Source of the DNA: Candidatus Poribacteria bacterium
GTDB lineage: Bacteria > Poribacteria > WGA-4E > WGA-3G
Length of the DNA: 64,000 nt
Reading direction: 5' to 3'
Assembly: GCA_965214095.1 (NCBI GenBank)
Contig: OZ243938.1
Span: 3,808,001 to 3,872,000 of the forward strand
The translations under genes and the position numbers were made by a program. Below are positions 61,898 to 64,000 of this stretch, piece after piece. Position 1 is the first letter of the stretch. Every line of letters begins with the position of its first letter. The notes beneath the pieces were generated by a model. The model was not told the origin of the DNA. It searched no databases and saw only the letters and a list, made by a program, of their open reading frames with translations.

Positions 61898-63301
61898 TTA
61901 GAAATGATGCATAGGATTATCAGGTGCATCACGATCACGATTCAGGTCCCATAAACGTACATTCTTGTCCGTACTACCACTTGCAAGAATTTGTCCGTCA
62001 GGCGAATATGCAAGGGATTTTATTGTGGACTTATGTCCAGTGAGTGTAGAAAAAAATACATTTCTGGTAGTGTTCCAAAGACGTATCAAACCATAATAAC
62101 TACCACATGCAAGTGTTGAACCATTGGGTGAAAAAGATAAAGAATTAAACCAAGAGAGGTGTCCTGCCATAAAGTTCTGTCGTCCACCAGTTGCAGCATC
62201 CCACATAAAAATATTACCATTTAGGGTTGTGCTTGCAATAGTATTGCCATCAGGTGAATAAACCACTAAATGTACACTATTTTTGTGACCACTCAATGTG
62301 AATTTTTTGTAAAACATAACTACATCCCAAACACGAACAGTCCTATCATAACTACCACTTGCAATTGTCCTACCATCAGGTGAAAAGACGAGAGAACTTA
62401 CCCAATTGCTGTGGTCTTTGAGAATATATATTAGTTCACCTGTATTGGCTTCCCACAAGCGTACCGTTCTATCGTGACTACCACTCGCGAGTGTCTTGCC
62501 ATCAGGTGAATAGACGATTGAACTTACTGCCCCGTAATGGCCAGTGAGAGTATTTTTGAGTTCACCTGTGTCAGAATCCCATAAACGAACTGTCTTATCA
62601 TGGCTACCACTTGCAATTGTCTTACCATCGGGAGAATAAATGACCGAAGTTACTTCGTCTTGATGTCCAATAAATGTCCATTTCAGTGTTCCACTGAGTA
62701 CATTCCAGACCTTTGCTGTGCTATCTGAACTACCACTGACGAGTGTAGCACTATCCGGGGAAAATACAACAGAATTGACGGATCCTTTATGTTCTGAGAA
62801 AACTGTATCTTCTATTTTAATTTGCGGTTTTGTAATTGCATTTCTTGAAGATATAGGAACACTTTCAGGTGTATCATCGGTATTCTGGATATTTAGTTCC
62901 TCGGTGTATTCTTGCCGCCGTTGTGGGTTTGTAAGTATATCTCTTGCTTGATTTAAGACCGTACGCCATTCTGCTTCTGACTTTCCATCAGCACGAGGAC
63001 GACCACCTGCTTGCAGCGATTCAGCATATAATTTTTTATGTGCTGCTTCTACACGAGAGATAATATCAACTTTCGATAGGTTATCAATCGCAGACATTGA
63101 TAAACCCAACACCTCAAAATAGTTGATCTCCTCTCCTATTATTAATCCTGATGCATCTAAAATCTCAACCGCCTCATCAACCGAAACGTTGTACTGTTGA
63201 ACCGCCCGACGGAGTAAACCTTTACGTTGTTCATCCGATATTGTCGGAGAAATCAATTTCAACTCATTTATGAACGTAATATACTCGTCGCGTTTTGACA
63301 T
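61898..63301 (-). CDS. J-like N-terminal module + WD40 beta-propeller
   Basis: About 7 GH...V..V.FSPDG..LASGS.D.TVRLWD repeats. Confidence 0.9.
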   Translation of the reverse strand: MSKRDEYITFINELKLISPTISDEQRKGLLRRAVQQYNVSVDEAVEILDASGLIIGEEINYFEVLGLSMSAIDNLSKVDIISRVEAAHKKLYAESLQAGGRPRADGKSEAEWRTVLNQARDILTNPQRRQEYTEELNIQNTDDTPESVPISSRNAITKPQIKIEDTVFSEHKGSVNSVVFSPDSATLVSGSSDSTAKVWNVLSGTLKWTFIGHQDEVTSVIYSPDGKTIASGSHDKTVRLWDSDTGELKNTLTGHYGAVSSIVYSPDGKTLASGSHDRTVRLWEANTGELIYILKDHSNWVSSLVFSPDGRTIASGSYDRTVRVWDVVMFYKKFTLSGHKNSVHLVVYSPDGNTIASTTLNGNIFMWDAATGGRQNFMAGHLSWFNSLSFSPNGSTLACGSYYGLIRLWNTTRNVFFSTLTGHKSTIKSLAYSPDGQILASGSTDKNVRLWDLNRDRDAPDNPMHHF

Positions 63302-63488
63302 GTTAATTCTCTTTATATTAATACTGGAAAATTGTTATGGAAGCACTCTTGTAAGACGGCTTTGTAAGCACGATATAACAGAGAACACGTTTGAATTAAC
63401 GCAATTCATTGCGTCTCATTTTACATTTGGAAGCACTATTTTATTTTTTGCTTAGAAAACTTGACAATTGAAAGCCACATGTATAGTT

Positions 63489-64000
63489 TTAGGATTGACT
63501 CGGCATAACACAACGAAACCCGACATAACTCTTCGTTCTCCATGGAGCTAAAGTGCGACGAATTGAAACTCGTACATCTTGTTCTTCAGAATTCCATGAA
63601 CCACCTCTGATCACTCGATATTTCTTAGATGTCAAATAGGCATCCAAAATCTCTTCTATACTGCCACCTGAAACAGGATTGTCTTTTTCCGATAACTTGT
63701 AGAATTTGCTATTCCATTCATCAAGACACCATTCACTTACGTTGCCTATAATATCAAACACACCGTATCCGTTTGCAGGATAGTTACCTACGGGTGTCGT
63801 TTCTCCAACCCGATTATCATAGTTTGCGTATTCTCTAGAAATTGCATTGCCCCAAGGAAACTTGTATTCAACTAATCCCCCACGTGCTGCCTTCTCCCAT
63901 TCTGCTTCAGTCGGTAGGCGTTTACCAACCCATTTTGCATACGCCATCGCAGCATGCCAACTTACCCAATTCACTGGATGGTTCTCTTTCCCACTGGGAT
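63489..64000 (-). CDS. FGE-sulfatase domain protein (C-terminal part; runs off window)
   Basis: [32 protein letters not shown]. Confidence 0.88.
   Translation of the reverse strand, partial: PSGKENHPVNWVSWHAAMAYAKWVGKRLPTEAEWEKAARGGLVEYKFPWGNAISREYANYDNRVGETTPVGNYPANGYGVFDIIGNVSEWCLDEWNSKFYKLSEKDNPVSGGSIEEILDAYLTSKKYRVIRGGSWNSEEQDVRVSIRRTLAPWRTKSYVGFRCVMPSQS

Noticed and set aside
63460-63470. Match of the second omegaRNA guide (CTTGACAATTG) to this site
   Set aside because: Only the distal 11 nt match and they include a generic -35 box; the seed does not match.
60572-64000. Diversity-generating retroelement targeting the FGE/CLec C-termini
   Set aside because: No reverse transcriptase and no near-identical template repeat in the window; the two C-termini are too divergent for a TR/VR pair. 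Could still lie outside the window.

Overview
64-kb bacterial chromosomal window (visually AT-leaning), most consistent with Candidatus Poribacteria or a related diderm lineage. This is inferred from PhyH dioxygenases, sulfatases, Uma2, cohesin/dockerin, FlgD/T9SS-like C-terminal domains and WD40/FGE-domain proteins. Core content: tRNA-Leu, zapB-like, ogg, ppiD-like, mqnC, rpoZ, the tRNA-Thr/Tyr/Gly/Thr-rpmG-tRNA-Trp-secE-nusG-rplKAJL cluster (no tuf or rpoBC), and a hemE-(MBL/TPR)-hemH-hemY-multiheme cytochrome operon. Most notable items: (1) a 442-bp protein-free IS200/IS605-type mini-element with both ends, a promoter and a TnpB-type omegaRNA-like 3' region, inserted after codon 3 of a MetE-like gene so that precise excision would restore the native RBS and start codon; (2) a second, apparently stand-alone TnpB-type omegaRNA with its own promoter about 2 kb away; (3) a ~3060-aa acidic surface protein with a T9SS-like CTD, followed by a PorV-like barrel and a LysM anchor, behind three tandem promoters; (4) tandem paralogues sharing an HPD-less J-like N-terminal module with swapped WD40/FGE-type C-termini; (5) several GTAG-type REP palindrome families. 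All family calls come from motif recognition by eye; no database searches were run.
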